Shown in pieces: positions 14,501 to 29,500 of a DNA stretch of 64,000 nt. Positions within the stretch are counted from its first letter, which is position 1. Each line of letters starts with the position of its first letter. Location: NCBI GenBank assembly GCA_964247055.1, contig OZ176054.1, positions 10,478,001-10,542,000 on the forward strand. Direction: 5' to 3'. Origin of the DNA: Paragordius varius. Taxonomy: Eukaryota; Animalia; Nematomorpha. The notes under the pieces were generated by a model. It made no database searches and had not been told where the DNA came from. It saw only the letters and a list, made by a program, of their open reading frames with translations. A program made the position numbers and the translations under genes.

Positions 14501-17500
14501 AAACGGTAGACTAAAATTTTTGCCTTTTAACAGGGAATACGTGGAATCCATATAGAATTTTTACGGTCTCATACCTAGGGCGAAAAATCGATTTAAAAAA
14601 TTATTTTTGTGGACATTGTTTTTTTTGAAAAAAATGGCATTTTATGGGGGGAGCGGGTAAAAAGAGGGCCTAAATCAAAAAAGTGACTCGACTATGTTCG
14701 GCGCAATCTAAAATAAGTAAACAAAAATCATATTTGAAATTGAATGGGCCAACACGTTCTCCAAAAAATTGACTTAACCCATTTTTCACACAGGGTGGGC
14801 CCAAACTGGGGACCTAATTCCAAAAAAGGGCGAAGCTATTGTCGGGGCATTCATTAATGATTAAATTTTTTCGATGTTTGGATTTGATTGGGTTCACCGG
14901 TTTTCCGGAAACAGATCACAAATTATATGAAAAATCAGTTTTTAGCGGGTAGCTCCTTACCCGCCAGCTATCATCAAATAAACGGTAGACTAAAATTTTT
15001 GCCTTTTAACAGGGAATACGTGGAATCCATATAGAATTTTTACGGTCTCATACCTAGGGCGAAAAATCGATTTAAAAAATTATTTTTGTGGACTTTGTTT
15101 TTTTTGAAAAAAATGGCATTTTATGGGGGGAGCGGGTAAAAAGAGGGCCTAAAAAAGTGACTCGACTATGTTCGGCGCAATCTAAAATAAGTAAACAAAA
15201 ATCATATTTGAAATTGAATGGGCCAACACGTTCTCCAAAAAATTGACTTAACCCATTTTTCACACAGGGTGGGCCCAAACTGGGGACCTAATTCCAAAAA
15301 AGGGCGAAGCTATTGTCGGGGCATTCATTAATGATTAAATTTTTTCGATGTTTGGATTTGATTGGGTTCACCGGTTTTCCGGAAACAGATCACAAAGTTT
15401 GAAAAATCAGTTTTTAGCGGGTAGCTCCTTACCCGCCAGCTATCATCAAATAAACGGTAGACTAAAATTTTTGCCTTTTAACAGGGAATACGTGGAATCC
15501 ATATAGAATTTTTACGGTCTCATACCTATGGCGAAAAATCGATTTAAAAAATTATTTTTGTGGACTTTGTTTTTTGAAAAAAATGGCATTTTACGGGGGG
15601 AGCGGGTAAAAAGAGGACCTAAATCAAAAAAGTGACTCGACTATGTTCGGCGCAATCTAAAATAAGTAAACAAAAATCATATTTGAAATTGAATGGTCCA
15701 ACACGTTCTCCAAAAAATTGACTTAACCCATTTTTCACACAGGGTGGGCCCAAACTGGGGACCTAATTCCAAAAAAGGGCGAAGCTATTGTCGGGGCATT
15801 CATTAATGATTAAATTTTTTCGATGTTTGGATTTGATTGGGTTCACCGGTTTTCCGGAAACAGATCACAAAGTTATATGAAAAATCAGTTTTTAGCGGGT
15901 AGCTCCTTACCCGCCAGCTATCATCAAATAAACGGTAGACTAAAATTTTTGCCTTTTAACAGGGAATACGTGGAATCCATATAGAATTTTTACGGTCTCA
16001 TACCTAGGGCGAAAAATCGATTTAAAAAATTATTTTTGTGGACTTTGTTTTTTTTGAAAAAAATGGCATTTTATGGGGGGAGCTAGTAAAAAGAGGGCCT
16101 AAATCAAAAAAGTGACTCGACTATGTTCGGCGCAATCTAAAATAAGTAAACAAAAATCATATTTGAAATTGAATGGGCCAACACGTTCTCCAAAAAATTG
16201 ACTTAACCCATTTTTCACACAGGGTGGGCCCAAACTGGGGACCTAATTCCAAAAAAGGGCGAAGCTATTGTCGGGGCATTCATTAATGATTAAATTTTTT
16301 CGATGTTTGGATTTGATTGGGTTCACCGGTTTTCCGGAAACAGATCACAAAGTTTGAAAAATCAGTTTTTATCGGGTAGCTCCTTACCCGCCAGCTATCA
16401 TCAAATAAACGGTAGACTAAAATTTTTGCCTTTTAACAGGGAATACGTGGAATCCATATAGAATTTTTACGGTCTCATACCTAGGGCGAAAAATCGATTT
16501 AAAAAATTATTTTTGTGGACTTTGTTTTTTGAAAAAAATGGCATTTTACGGGGGGAGCGGGTAAAAAGAGGACCTAAATCAAAAAAGTGACTCGACTATG
16601 TTCGGCGCAATCTAAAATAAGTAAACAAAAATCATATTTGAAATTGAATGGTCCAACACGTTCTCCAAAAAATTGACTTAACCCATTTTTCACACGGGGT
16701 GGGCCCAAACTGGGGACCTAATTCCAAAAAAGGGCGAAGCTATTGTCGGGGCATTCATTAATGATTAAATTTTTTCGATGTTTGGATTTGATTGGGTTCA
16801 CCGGTTTTCCGGAAACAGATCACAAATTATATGAAAAATCAGTTTTTAGCGGGTAGCTCCTTACCCGCCAGCTATCATCAAATAAACGGTAGACTAAAAT
16901 GTTTGCCTTTTAACAGGGAATACGTGGAATCCATATAGAATTTTTACGGTCTCATACCTAGGGCGAAAAATCGATTTAAAAAATTATTTTTGTGGACTTT
17001 GTTTTTTTTGAAAAAAATGGCATTTTATGGGGGGAGCGGGTAAAAAGAGGGCCTAAATCAAAAAAGTGACTCGACTATGTTCGGCGCAATCTAAAATAAG
17101 TAAACAAAAATCATATTTGAAATTGAATGGTCCAACACGTTCTCCAAAAAATTGACTTAACCCATTTTTTACACAGGGTGGGCCCAAACTGGGGACCTAA
17201 TTCCAAAAAAGGGCGAAGCTATTGTCGGGGCATTCATTAATGATTAAATTTTTTCGATGTTTGGATTTGATTGGGTTCACCGGTTTTCCGGAAACAGATC
17301 ACAAAGTTATATGAAAAATCAGTTTTTAGCGGGTAGCTCCTTACCCGCCAGCTATCATCAAATAAACGGTAGACTAAAATTTTTGCCTTTTAACAGGGAA
17401 TACGTGGAATCCATATAGAATTTTTACGGTCTCATACCTAGGGCGAAAAATCGATTTAAAAAATTATTTTTGTGGACTTTGTTTTTTGAAAAAAATGGCA

Positions 17501-20500
17501 TTTTACGGGGGGAGCGGGTAAAAAGAGGACCTAAATCAAAAAAGTGACTCGACTATGTTCGGCGCAATCTAAAATAAGTAAACAAAAATCATATTTGAAA
17601 TTGAATGGGCCAACACGTTCTCCAAAAAATTGACTTAACCCATTTTTCACACGGGGTGGGCCCAAACTGGGGACCTAATTCCAAAAAAGGGCGAAGCTAT
17701 TGTCGGGGCATTCATTAATGATTAAATTTTTTCGATGTTTGGATTTGATTGGGTTCACCGGTTTTCCGGAAACAGATCACAAAGTTATATGAAAAATCAG
17801 TTTTTAGCGGGTAGCTCCTTACCCGCCAGCTATCATCAAATAAACGGTAGACTAAAATTTTTGCCTTTTAACAGGGAATACGTGGAATCCATATAGAATT
17901 TTTACGGTCTCATACCTAGGGCGAAAAATCGATTTAAAAAATTATTTTTGTGGACTTTGTTTTTTGAAAAAAATGGCATTTTACGGGGGGAGCGGGTAAA
18001 AAGAGGACCTAAATCAAAAAAGTGACTCGACTATGTTCGGCGCAATCTAAAATAAGTAAACAAAAATCATATTTGAAATTGAATGGTCCAACACGTTCTC
18101 CAAAAAATTGACTTAACCCATTTTTCACACGGGGTGGGCACAAACTGGGGACCTAATTCCAAAAAAGGGCGAAGCTATTGTCGGGGCATTCATTAATGAT
18201 TAAATTTTTTCGATGTTTGGATTTGATTGGGTTCACCGGTTTTCCGGAAACAGATCACAAAGTTATATGAAAAATCAGTTTTTAGCGGGTAGCTCCTTAC
18301 CCGCCAGCTATCATCAAATAAACGGTAGACTAAAATTTTTGCCTTTTAACAGGGAATACGTGGAATCCATATAGAATTTTTACGGTCTCATACCTAGGGC
18401 GAAAAATCGATTTAAAAAATTATTTTTGTGGACTTTGTTTTTTGAAAAAAATGGCATTTTACGGGGGGAGCGGGTAAAAAGAGGACCTAAATCAAAAAAG
18501 TGACTCGACTATGTTCGGCGCAATCTAAAATAAGTAAACAAAAATCATATTTGAAATTGAATGGTCCAACACGTTCTCCAAAAAATTGACTTAACCCATT
18601 TTTCACACGGGGTGGGCCCAAACTGGGGACCTAATTCCAAAAAAGGGCGAAGCTATTGTCGGGGCATTCATTAATGATTAAATTTTTTCGATGTTTGGAT
18701 TTGATTGGGTTCACCGGTTTTCCGGAAACAGATCACAAATTATATGAAAAATCAGTTTTTAGCGGGTAGCTCCTTACCCGCCAGCTATCATCAAATAAAC
18801 GGTAGACTAAAATTTTTGCCTTTTAACAGGGAATACGTGGAATCCATATAGAATTTTTACGGTCTCATACCTAGGGCGAAAAATCGATTTAAAAAATTAT
18901 TTTTGTGGACTTTGTTTTTTGAAAAAAATGGCATTTTACGGGGGGAGCGGGTAAAAAGAGGACCTAAATCAAAAAAGTGACTCGACTATGTTCGGCGCAA
19001 TCTAAAATAAGTAAACAAAAATCATATTTGAAATTGAATGGTCCAACACGTTCTCCAAAAAATTGACTTAACCCATTTTTCACACGGGGTGGGCCCAAAC
19101 TGGGGACCTAATTCCAAAAAAGGGCGAAGCTATTGTCGGGGCATTCATTAATGATTAAATTTTTTCGATGTTTGGATTTGATTGGGTTCACCGGTTTTCA
19201 GGAAACAGATCACAAAGTTTGAAAAATCAGTTTTTAGCGGGTAGCTCCTTACCCGCCAGCTATCATCAAATAAACGGTAGACTAAAATTTTTGCCTTTTA
19301 ACAGGGAATACGTGGAATCCATATAGAATTTTTACGTTCTCATACCTAGGGCGAAAAATCGATTTAAAAAATTATTTTTGTGGACTTTGTTTTTTGAAAA
19401 AAATGGCATTTTACGGGGGGAGCGGGTAAAAAGAGGACCTAAATCAAAAAAGTGACTCGACTATGTTCGGCGCAATCTAAAATAAGTAAACAAAAATCAT
19501 ATTTGAAATTGAATGGTCCAACACGTTCTCCAAAAAATTGACTTAACCCATTTTTCACACGGGGTGGGCCCAAACTGGGGACCTAATTCCAAAAAAGGGC
19601 GAAGCTATTGTCGGGGCATTCATTAATGATTAAATTTTTTCGATGTTTGGATTTGATTGGGTTCACCGGTTTTCCGGAAACAGATCACAAATTATATGAA
19701 AAATCAGTTTTTAGCGGGTAGCTCCTTACCCGCCAGCTATCATCAAATAAACGGTAGACTAAAATTTTTGCCTTTTAACAGGGAATACGTGGAATCCATA
19801 TAGAATTTTTACGGTCTCATACCTAGGGCGAAAAATCGATTTAAAAAATTATTTTTGTGGACTTTGTTTTTTGAAAAAAATGGCATTTTACGGGGGGAGC
19901 GGGTAAAAAGAGGACCTAAATCAAAAAAGTGACTCGACTATGTTCGGCGCAATCTAAAATAAGTAAACAAAAATCATATTTGAAATTGAATGGTCCAACA
20001 CGTTCTCCAAAAAATTGACTTAACCCATTTTTCACACGGGGTGGGCCCAAACTGGGGACCTAATTCCAAAAAAGGGCGAAGCTATTGTCGGGGCATTCAT
20101 TAATGATTAAATTTTTTCGATGTTTGGATTTGATTGGGTTCACCGGTTTTCAGGAAACAGATCACAAAGTTTGAAAAATCAGTTTTTAGCGGGTAGCTCC
20201 TTACCCGCCAGCTATCATCAAATAAACGGTAGACTAAAATTTTTGCCTTTTAACAGGGAATACGTGGAATCCATATAGAATTTTTACGTTCTCATACCTA
20301 GGGCGAAAAATCGATTTAAAAAATTATTTTTGTGGACTTTGTTTTTTGAAAAAAATGGCATTTTACGGGGGGAGCGGGTAAAAAGAGGACCTAAATCAAA
20401 AAAGTGACTCGACTATGTTCGGCGCAATCTAAAATAAGTAAACAAAAATCATATTTGAAATTGAATGGTCCAACACGTTCTCCAAAAAATTGACTTAACC

Positions 20501-23500
20501 CATTTTTCACACGGGGTGGGCCCAAACTGGGGACCTAATTCCAAAAAAGGGCGAAGCTATTGTCGGGGCATTCATTAATGATTAAATTTTTTCGATGTTT
20601 GGATTTGATTGGGTTCACCGGTTTTCCGGAAACAGATCACAAATTATATGAAAAATCAGTTTTTAGCGGGTAGCTCCTTACCCGCCAGCTATCATCAAAT
20701 AAACGGTAGACTAAAATTTTTGCCTTTTAACAGGGAATACGTGGAATCCATATAGAATTTTTACGGTCTCATACCTAGGGCGAAAAATCGATTTAAAAAA
20801 TTATTTTTGTGGACTTTGTTTTTTGAAAAAAATGGCATTTTACGGGGGGAGCGGGTAAAAAGAGGACCTAAATCAAAAAAGTGACTCGACTATGTTCGGC
20901 GCAATCTAAAATAAGTAAACAAAAATCATATTTGAAATTGAATGGTCCAACACGTTCTCCAAAAAATTGACTTAACCCATTTTTCACACGGGGTGGGCCC
21001 AAACTGGGGACCTAATTCCAAAAAAGGGCGAAGCTATTGTCGGGGCATTCATTAATGATTAAATTTTTTCGATGTTTGGATTTGATTGGGTTCACCGGTT
21101 TTCAGGAAACAGATCACAAAGTTTGAAAAATCAGTTTTTAGCGGGTAGCTCCTTACCCGCCAGCTATCATCAAATAAACGGTAGACTAAAATTTTTGCCT
21201 TTTAACAGGGAATACGTGGAATCCATATAGAATTTTTACGTTCTCATACCTAGGGCGAAAAATCGATTTAAAAAATTATTTTTGTGGACTTTGTTTTTTG
21301 AAAAAAATGGCATTTTACGGGGGGAGCGGGTAAAAAGAGGACCTAAATCAAAAAAGTGACTCGACTATGTTCGGCGCAATCTAAAATAAGTAAACAAAAA
21401 TCATATTTGAAATTGAATGGTCCAACACGTTCTCCAAAAAATTGACTTAACCCATTTTTCACACGGGGTGGGCCCAAACTGGGGACCTAATTCCAAAAAA
21501 GGGCGAAGCTATTGTCGGGGCATTCATTAATGATTAAATTTTTTCGATGTTTGGATTTGATTGGGTTCACCGGTTTTCCGGAAACAGATCACAAATTATA
21601 TGAAAAATCAGTTTTTAGCGGGTAGCTCCTTACCCGCCAGCTATCATCAAATAAACGGTAGACTAAAATTTTTGCCTTTTAACAGGGAATACGTGGAATC
21701 CATATAGAATTTTTACGGTCTCATACCTAGGGCGAAAAATCGATTTAAAAAATTATTTTTGTGGACTTTGTTTTTTGAAAAAAATGGCATTTTACGGGGG
21801 GAGCGGGTAAAAAGAGGACCTAAATCAAAAAAGTGACTCGACTATGTTCGGCGCAATCTAAAATAAGTAAACAAAAATCATATTTGAAATTGAATGGTCC
21901 AACACGTTCTCCAAAAAATTGACTTAACCCATTTTTCACACGGGGTGGGCCCAAACTGGGGACCTAATTCCAAAAAAGGGCGAAGCTATTGTCGGGGCAT
22001 TCATTAATGATTAAATTTTTTCGATGTTTGGATTTGATTGGGTTCACCGGTTTTCCGGAAACAGATCACAAATTATATGAAAAATCAGTTTTTAGCGGGT
22101 AGCTCCTTACCCGCCAGCTATCATCAAATAAACGGTAGACTAAAATTTTTGCCTTTTAACAGGGAATACGTGGAATCCATATAGAATTTTTACGGTCTCA
22201 TACCTAGGGCGAAAAATCGATTTAAAAAATTATTTTTGTGGACTTTGTTTTTTGAAAAAAATGGCATTTTACGGGGGGAGCGGGTAAAAAGAGGACCTAA
22301 ATCAAAAAAGTGACTCGACTATGTTCGGCGCAATCTAAAATAAGTAAACAAAAATCATATTTGAAATTGAATGGTCCAACACGTTCTCCAAAAAATTGAC
22401 TTAACCCATTTTTCACACAGGGTGGGCCCAAACTGGGGACCTAATTCCAAAAAAGGGCGAAGCTATTGTCGAGGCATTCATTAATGATTAAATTTTTTCG
22501 ATGTTTGGATTTGATTGGGTTCACCGGTTTTCCGGAAACAGATCACAAAGTTTGAAAAATCAGTTTTTAGCGGGTAGCTCCTTACCCGCCAGCTATCATC
22601 AAATAAACGGTAGACTAAAATTTTTGCCTTTTAACAGGGAATACGTGGAATCCATATAGAATTTTTACGGTCTCATACCTAGGGCGAAAAATCGATTTAA
22701 AAAATTATTTTTGTGGACTTTGTTTTTTGAAAAAAATGGCATTTTACGGGGGGAGCGGGTAAAAAGAGGACCTAAATCAAAAAAGTGACTCGACTATGTT
22801 CGGCGCAATCTAAAATAAGTAAACAAAAATCATATTTGAAATTGAATGGTCCAACACGTTCTCCAAAAAATTGACTTAACCCATTTTTCACACGGGGTAG
22901 GCCCAAACTGGGGACCTAATTCCAAAAAAGGGCGAAGCTATTGTCGGGGCATTCATTAATGATTAAATTTTTTCGATGTTTGGATTTGATTGGGTTCACC
23001 GGTTTTCAGGAAACAGATCACAAAGTTTGAAAAATCAGTTTTTAGCGGGTAGCTCCTTACCCGCCAGCTATCATCAAATAAACGGTAGACTAAAATTTTT
23101 GCCTTTTAACAGGGAATACGTGGAATCCATATAGAATTTTTACGGTCTCATACCTAGGGCGAAAAATCGATTTAAAAAATTATTTTTGTGGACTTTGTTT
23201 TTTGAAAAAAATGGCATTTTATGGGGGGAGCGGGTAAAAAGAGGGCCTAAATCAAAAAAGTGACTCGACTATGTTCGGCGCAATCTAAAATAAGTAAACA
23301 AAAATCATATTTGAAATTGAATGGGCCAACACGTTCTCCAAAAAATTGACTTAACCCATTTTTCACACAGGGTGGGCCCAAACTGGGGACCTAATTCCAA
23401 AAAAGGGCGAAGCTATTGTCGGGGCATTCATTAATGATTAAATTTTTTCGATGTTTGGATTTGATTGGGTTCACCGGTTTTCCGGAAACAGATCACAAAG

Positions 23501-26500
23501 TTTGAAAAATCAGTTTTTAGCGGGTAGCTCCTTACCCGCCAGCTATCATCAAATAAACGGTAGACTAAAATTTTTGCCTTTTAACAGGGAATACGTGGAA
23601 TCCATATAGAATTTTTACGGTCTCATACCTAGGGCGAAAAATCGATTTAAAAAATTATTTTTGTGGACTTTGTTTTTTGAAAAAAATGGCATTTTACGGG
23701 GGGAGCGGGTAAAAAGAGGACCTAAATCAAAAAAGTGACTCGACTATGTTCGGCGCAATCTAAAATAAGTAAACAAAAATCATATTTGAAATTGAATGGT
23801 CCAACACGTTCTCCAAAAAATTGACTTAACCCATTTTTCACACAGGGTGGGCCCAAACTGGGGACCTAATTCCAAAAAAGGGCGAAGCTATTGTCGGGGC
23901 ATTCATTAATGATTAAATTTTTTCGATGTTTGGATTTGATTGGGTTCACCGGTTTTCCGGAAACAGATCACAAAGTTATATGAAAAATCAGTTTTTAGCG
24001 GGTAGCTCCTTACCCGCCAGCTATCATCAAATAAACGGTAGACTAAAATTTTTGCCTTTTAACAGGGAATACGTGGAATCCATATAGAATTTTTACGGTC
24101 TCATACCTAGGGCGAAAAATCGATTTAAAAAATTATTTTTGTGGACTTTGTTTTTTTTGAAAAAAATGGCATTTTACGGGGGGAGCGGGTAAAAAGAGGG
24201 CCTAAATCAAAAAAGTGACTCGACTATGTTCGGCGCAATCTAAAATAAGTAAACAAAAATCATATTTGAAATTGAATGGTCCAACACGTTCTCTAAAAAT
24301 TGACTTAACCCATTTTTCACACGGGGTGGGCCCAAACTGGGGACCTAATTCCAAAAAAGGGCGAAGCTATTGTCGGGGCATTCATTAATGATTAAATTTT
24401 TTCGATGTTTGGATTTGATTGGGTTCACCGGTTTTCCGGAAACAGATCACAAATTATATGAGAAATCAGTTTTTAACGGGAAGCTCCTTACCCGCCAGCT
24501 ATCATCAAATAAACGGTAGACTAAAATTTTTGCCTTTTAACAGGGAATACGTGGTATCCATATAGAATTTTTACGTTCTCATACCTAGGGCGAAAAATCG
24601 ATTTAAAAAATTATTTTTGTGGACTTTGTTTTTTTTGAAAAAAATGGCATTTTACGGGGGGAGCGGGTAAAAAGAGGGCCTAAATCAAAAAAGTGACTCG
24701 ACTATGTTCGGCGCAATCTAAAATAAGTAAACAAAAATCATATTTGAAATTGAATGGTCCAACACGTTCTCCAAAAAATTGACTTAACCCATTTTTCACA
24801 CAGGGTGGGCCCAAACTGGGGACCTAATTCCAAAAAAGGGCGAAGCTATTGTCGGGGCATTCATTAATGATTAAATTTTTTCGATGTTTGGATTTGATTG
24901 GGTTCACCGGTTTTCCGGAAACAGATCACAAAGTTATATGAAAAATCAGTTTTTAGCGGGTAGCTCCTTACCCGCCAGCTATCATCAAATAAACGGTAGA
25001 CTAAAATTTTTGCCTTTTAACAGGGAATACGTGGAATCCATATAGAATTTTTACGGTCTCATACCTAGGGCGAAAAATCGATTTAAAAAATTATTTTTGT
25101 GGACTTTGTTTTTTGAAAAAAATGGCATTTTACGGGGGGAGCGGGTAAAAAGAGGACCTAAATCAAAAAAGTGACTCGACTATGTTCGGCGCAATCTAAA
25201 ATAAGTAAACAAAAATCATATTTGAAATTGAATGGTCCAACACGTTCTCCAAAAAATTGACTTAACCCATTTTTCACACAGGGTGGGCCCAAACTGGGGA
25301 CCTAATTCCAAAAAAGGGCGAAGCTATTGTCGGGGCATTCATTAATGATTAAATTTTTTCGATGTTTGGATTTGATTGGGTTCACCGGTTTTCCGGAAAC
25401 AGATCACAAAGTTATATGAAAAATCAGTTTTTAGCGGGTAGCTCCTTACCCGCCAGCTATCATCAAATAAACGGTAGACTAAAATTTTTGCCTTTTAACA
25501 GGGAATACGTGGAATCCATATAGAATTTTTACGGTCTCATACCTAGGGCGAAAAATCGATTTAAAAAATTATTTTTGTGGACTTTGTTTTTTTTGAAAAA
25601 AATGGCATTTTACGGGGGGAGCGGGTAAAAAGAGGGCCTAAATCAAAAAAGTGACTCGACTATGTTCGGCGCAATCTAAAATAAGTAAACAAAAATCATA
25701 TTTGAAATTGAATGGTCCAACACGTTCTCTAAAAATTGACTTAACCCATTTTTCACACGGGGTGGGCCCAAACTGGGGACCTAATTCCAAAAAAGGGCGA
25801 AGCTATTGTCGGGGCATTCATTAATGATTAAATTTTTTCGATGTTTGGATTTGATTGGGTTCACCGGTTTTCCGGAAACAGATCACAAATTATATGAGAA
25901 ATCAGTTTTTAACGGGAAGCTCCTTACCCGCCAGCTATCATCAAATAAACGGTAGACTAAAATTTTTGCCTTTTAACAGGGAATACGTGGTATCCATATA
26001 GAATTTTTACGTTCTCATACCTAGGGCGAAAAATCGATTTAAAAAATTATTTTTGTGGACTTTGTTTTTTTTGAAAAAAATGGCATTTTACGGGGGGAGC
26101 GGGTAAAAAGAGGGCCTAAATCAAAAAAGTGACTCGACTATGTTCGGCGCAATCTAAAATAAGTAAACAAAAATCATATTTGAAATTGAATGGTCCAACA
26201 CGTTCTCCAAAAAATTGACTTAACCCATTTTTCACACAGGGTGGGCCCAAACTGGGGACCTAATTCCAAAAAAGGGCGAAGCTATTGTCGGGGCATTCAT
26301 TAATGATTAAATTTTTTCGATGTTTGGATTTGATTGGGTTCACCGGTTTTCCGGAAACAGATCACAAAGTTATATGAAAAATCAGTTTTTAGCGGGTAGC
26401 TCCTTACCCGCCAGCTATCATCAAATAAACGGTAGACTAAAATTTTTGCCTTTTAACAGGGAATACGTGGAATCCATATAGAATTTTTACGGTCTCATAC

Positions 26501-29500
26501 CTAGGGCGAAAAATCGATTTAAAAAATTATTTTTGTGGACTTTGTTTTTTGAAAAAAATGGCATTTTACGGGGGGAGCGGGTAAAAAGAGGACCTAAATC
26601 AAAAAAGTGACTCGACTATGTTCGGCGCAATCTAAAATAAGTAAACAAAAATCATATTTGAAATTGAATGGTCCAACACGTTCTCTAAAAATTGACTTAA
26701 CCCATTTTTCACACGGGGTGGGCCCAAACTGGGGACCTAATTCCAAAAAAGGGCGAAGCTATTGTCGGGGCATTCATTAATGATTAAATTTTTTCGATGT
26801 TTGGATTTGATTGGGTTCACCGGTTTTCCGGAAACAGATCACAAATTATATGAGAAATCAGTTTTTAACGGGAAGCTCCTTACCCGCCAGCTATCATCAA
26901 ATAAACGGTAGACTAAAATTTTTGCCTTTTAACAGGGAATACGTGGAATCCATATAGAATTTTTACGTTCTCATACCTAGGGCGAAAAATCGATTTAAAA
27001 AATTATTTTTGTGGACTTTGTTTTTTTTGAAAAAAATGGCATTTTACGGGGGGAGCGGGTAAAAAGAGGGCCTAAATCAAAAAAGTGACTCGACTATGTT
27101 CGGCGCAATCTAAAATAAGTAAACAAAAATCATATTTGAAATTGAATGGTCCAACACGTTCTCCAAAAAATTGACTTAACCCATTTTTCACACAGGGTGG
27201 GCCCAAACTGGGGACCTAATTCCAAAAAAGGGCGAAGCTATTGTCGGGGCATTCATTAATGATTAAATTTTTTCGATGTTTGGATTTGATTGGGTTCACC
27301 GGTTTTCCGGAAACAGATCACAAAGTTTGAAAAATCAGTTTTTAGCGGGTAGCTCCTTACCCGCCAGCTATCATCAAATAAACGGTAGACTAAAATTTTT
27401 GCCTTTTAACAGGGAATACGTGGAATCCATATAGAATTTTTACGGTCTCATACCTTGGGCGAAAAATCGATTTAAAAAATTATTTTTGTGGACTTTGTTT
27501 TTTGAAAAAAATGGCATTTTACGGGGGGAGCGGGTAAAAAGAGGACCTAAATCAAAAAAGTGACTCGACTATGTTCGGCGCAATCTAAAATAAGTAAACA
27601 AAAATCATATTTGAAATTGAATGGTCCAACACGTTCTCCAAAAAATTGACTTAACCCATTTTTCACACAGGGTGGGCCCAAACTGGGGACCTAATTCCAA
27701 AAAAGGGCGAAGCTATTGTCGGGGCATTCATTAATGATTAAATTTTTTCGATGTTTGGATTTGATTGGGTTCACCGGTTTTCCGGAAACAGATCACAAAG
27801 TTATATGAAAAATCAGTTTTTAGCGGGTAGCTCCTTATCCGCCAGCTATCATCAAATAAACGGTAGACTAAAATTTTTGCCTTTTAACAGGGAATACGTG
27901 GAATCCATATAGAATTTTTACGGTCTCATACCTAGGGCGAAAAATCGATTTAAAAAATTATTTTTGTGGACTTTGTTTTTTGAAAAAAATGGCATTTTAC
28001 GGGGGGAGCGGGTAAAAAGAGGACCTAAATCAAAAAAGTGACTCGACTATGTTCGGCGCAATCTAAAATAAGTAAACAAAAATCATATTTGAAATTGAAT
28101 GGTCCAACACGTTCTCTAAAAATTGACTTAACCCATTTTTCACACGGGGTGGGCCCAAACTGGGGACCTAATTCCAAAAAAGGGCGAAGCTATTGTCGGG
28201 GCATTCATTAATGATTAAATTTTTTCGATGTTTGGATTTGATTGGGTTCACCGGTTTTCCGGAAACAGATCACAAATTATATGAGAAATCAGTTTTTAAC
28301 GGGAAGCTCCTTACCCGCCAGCTATCATCAAATAAACGGTAGACTAAAATTTTTGCCTTTTAACAGGGAATACGTGGAATCCATATAGAATTTTTACGTT
28401 CTCATACCTAGGGCGAAAAATCGATTTAAAAAATTATTTTTGTGGACTTTGTTTTTTTTGAAAAAAATGGCATTTTACGGGGGGAGCGGGTAAAAAGAGG
28501 GCCTAAATCAAAAAAGTGACTCGACTATGTTCGGCGCAATCTAAAATAAGTAAACAAAAATCATATTTGAAATTGAATGGTCCAACACGTTCTCCAAAAA
28601 ATTGACTTAACCCATTTTTCACACAGGGTGGGCCCAAACTGGGGACCTAATTCCAAAAAAGGGCGAAGCTATTGTCGGGGCATTCATTAATGATTAAATT
28701 TTTTCGATGTTTGGATTTGATTGGGTTCACCGGTTTTCCGGAAACAGATCACAAAGTTATATGAAAAATCAGTTTTTAGCGGGTAGCTCCTTACCCGCCA
28801 GCTATCATCAAATAAACGGTAGACTAAAATTTTTGCCTTTTAACAGGGAATACGTGGAATCCATATAGAATTTTTACGGTCTCATACCTAGGGCGAAAAA
28901 TCGATTTAAAAAATTATTTTTGTGGACTTTGTTTTTTGAAAAAAATGGCATTTTACGGGGGGAGCGGGTAAAAAGAGGACCTAAATCAAAAAAGTGACTC
29001 GACTATGTTCGGCGCAATCTAAAATAAGTAAACAAAAATCATATTTGAAATTGAATGGTCCAACACGTTCTCTAAAAATTGACTTAACCCATTTTTCACA
29101 CGGGGTGGGCCCAAACTGGGGACCTAATTCCAAAAAAGGGCGAAGCTATTGTCGGGGCATTCATTAATGATTAAATTTTTTCGATGTTTGGATTTGATTG
29201 GGTTCACCGGTTTTCCGGAAACAGATCACAAATTATATGAGAAATCAGTTTTTAACGGGAAGCTCCTTACCCGCCAGCTATCATCAAATAAACGGTAGAC
29301 TAAAATTTTTGCCTTTTAACAGGGAATACGTGGAATCCATATAGAATTTTTACGTTCTCATACCTAGGGCGAAAAATCGATTTAAAAAATTATTTTTGTG
29401 GACTTTGTTTTTTTTTGAAAAAAATGGCATTTTACGGGGGGAGCGGGTAAAAAGAGGGCCTAAATCAAAAAAGTGACTCGACTATGTTCGGCGCAATCTA

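Noticed and set aside
647-15278. Repeated 63-68 aa ORFs (MVQHVLQK..., MSGHSLM..., MGPPCVK...)
   Set aside because: Chance open frames in satellite monomers. They appear and vanish with 1-11 bp indels between copies and have no recognisable domain.
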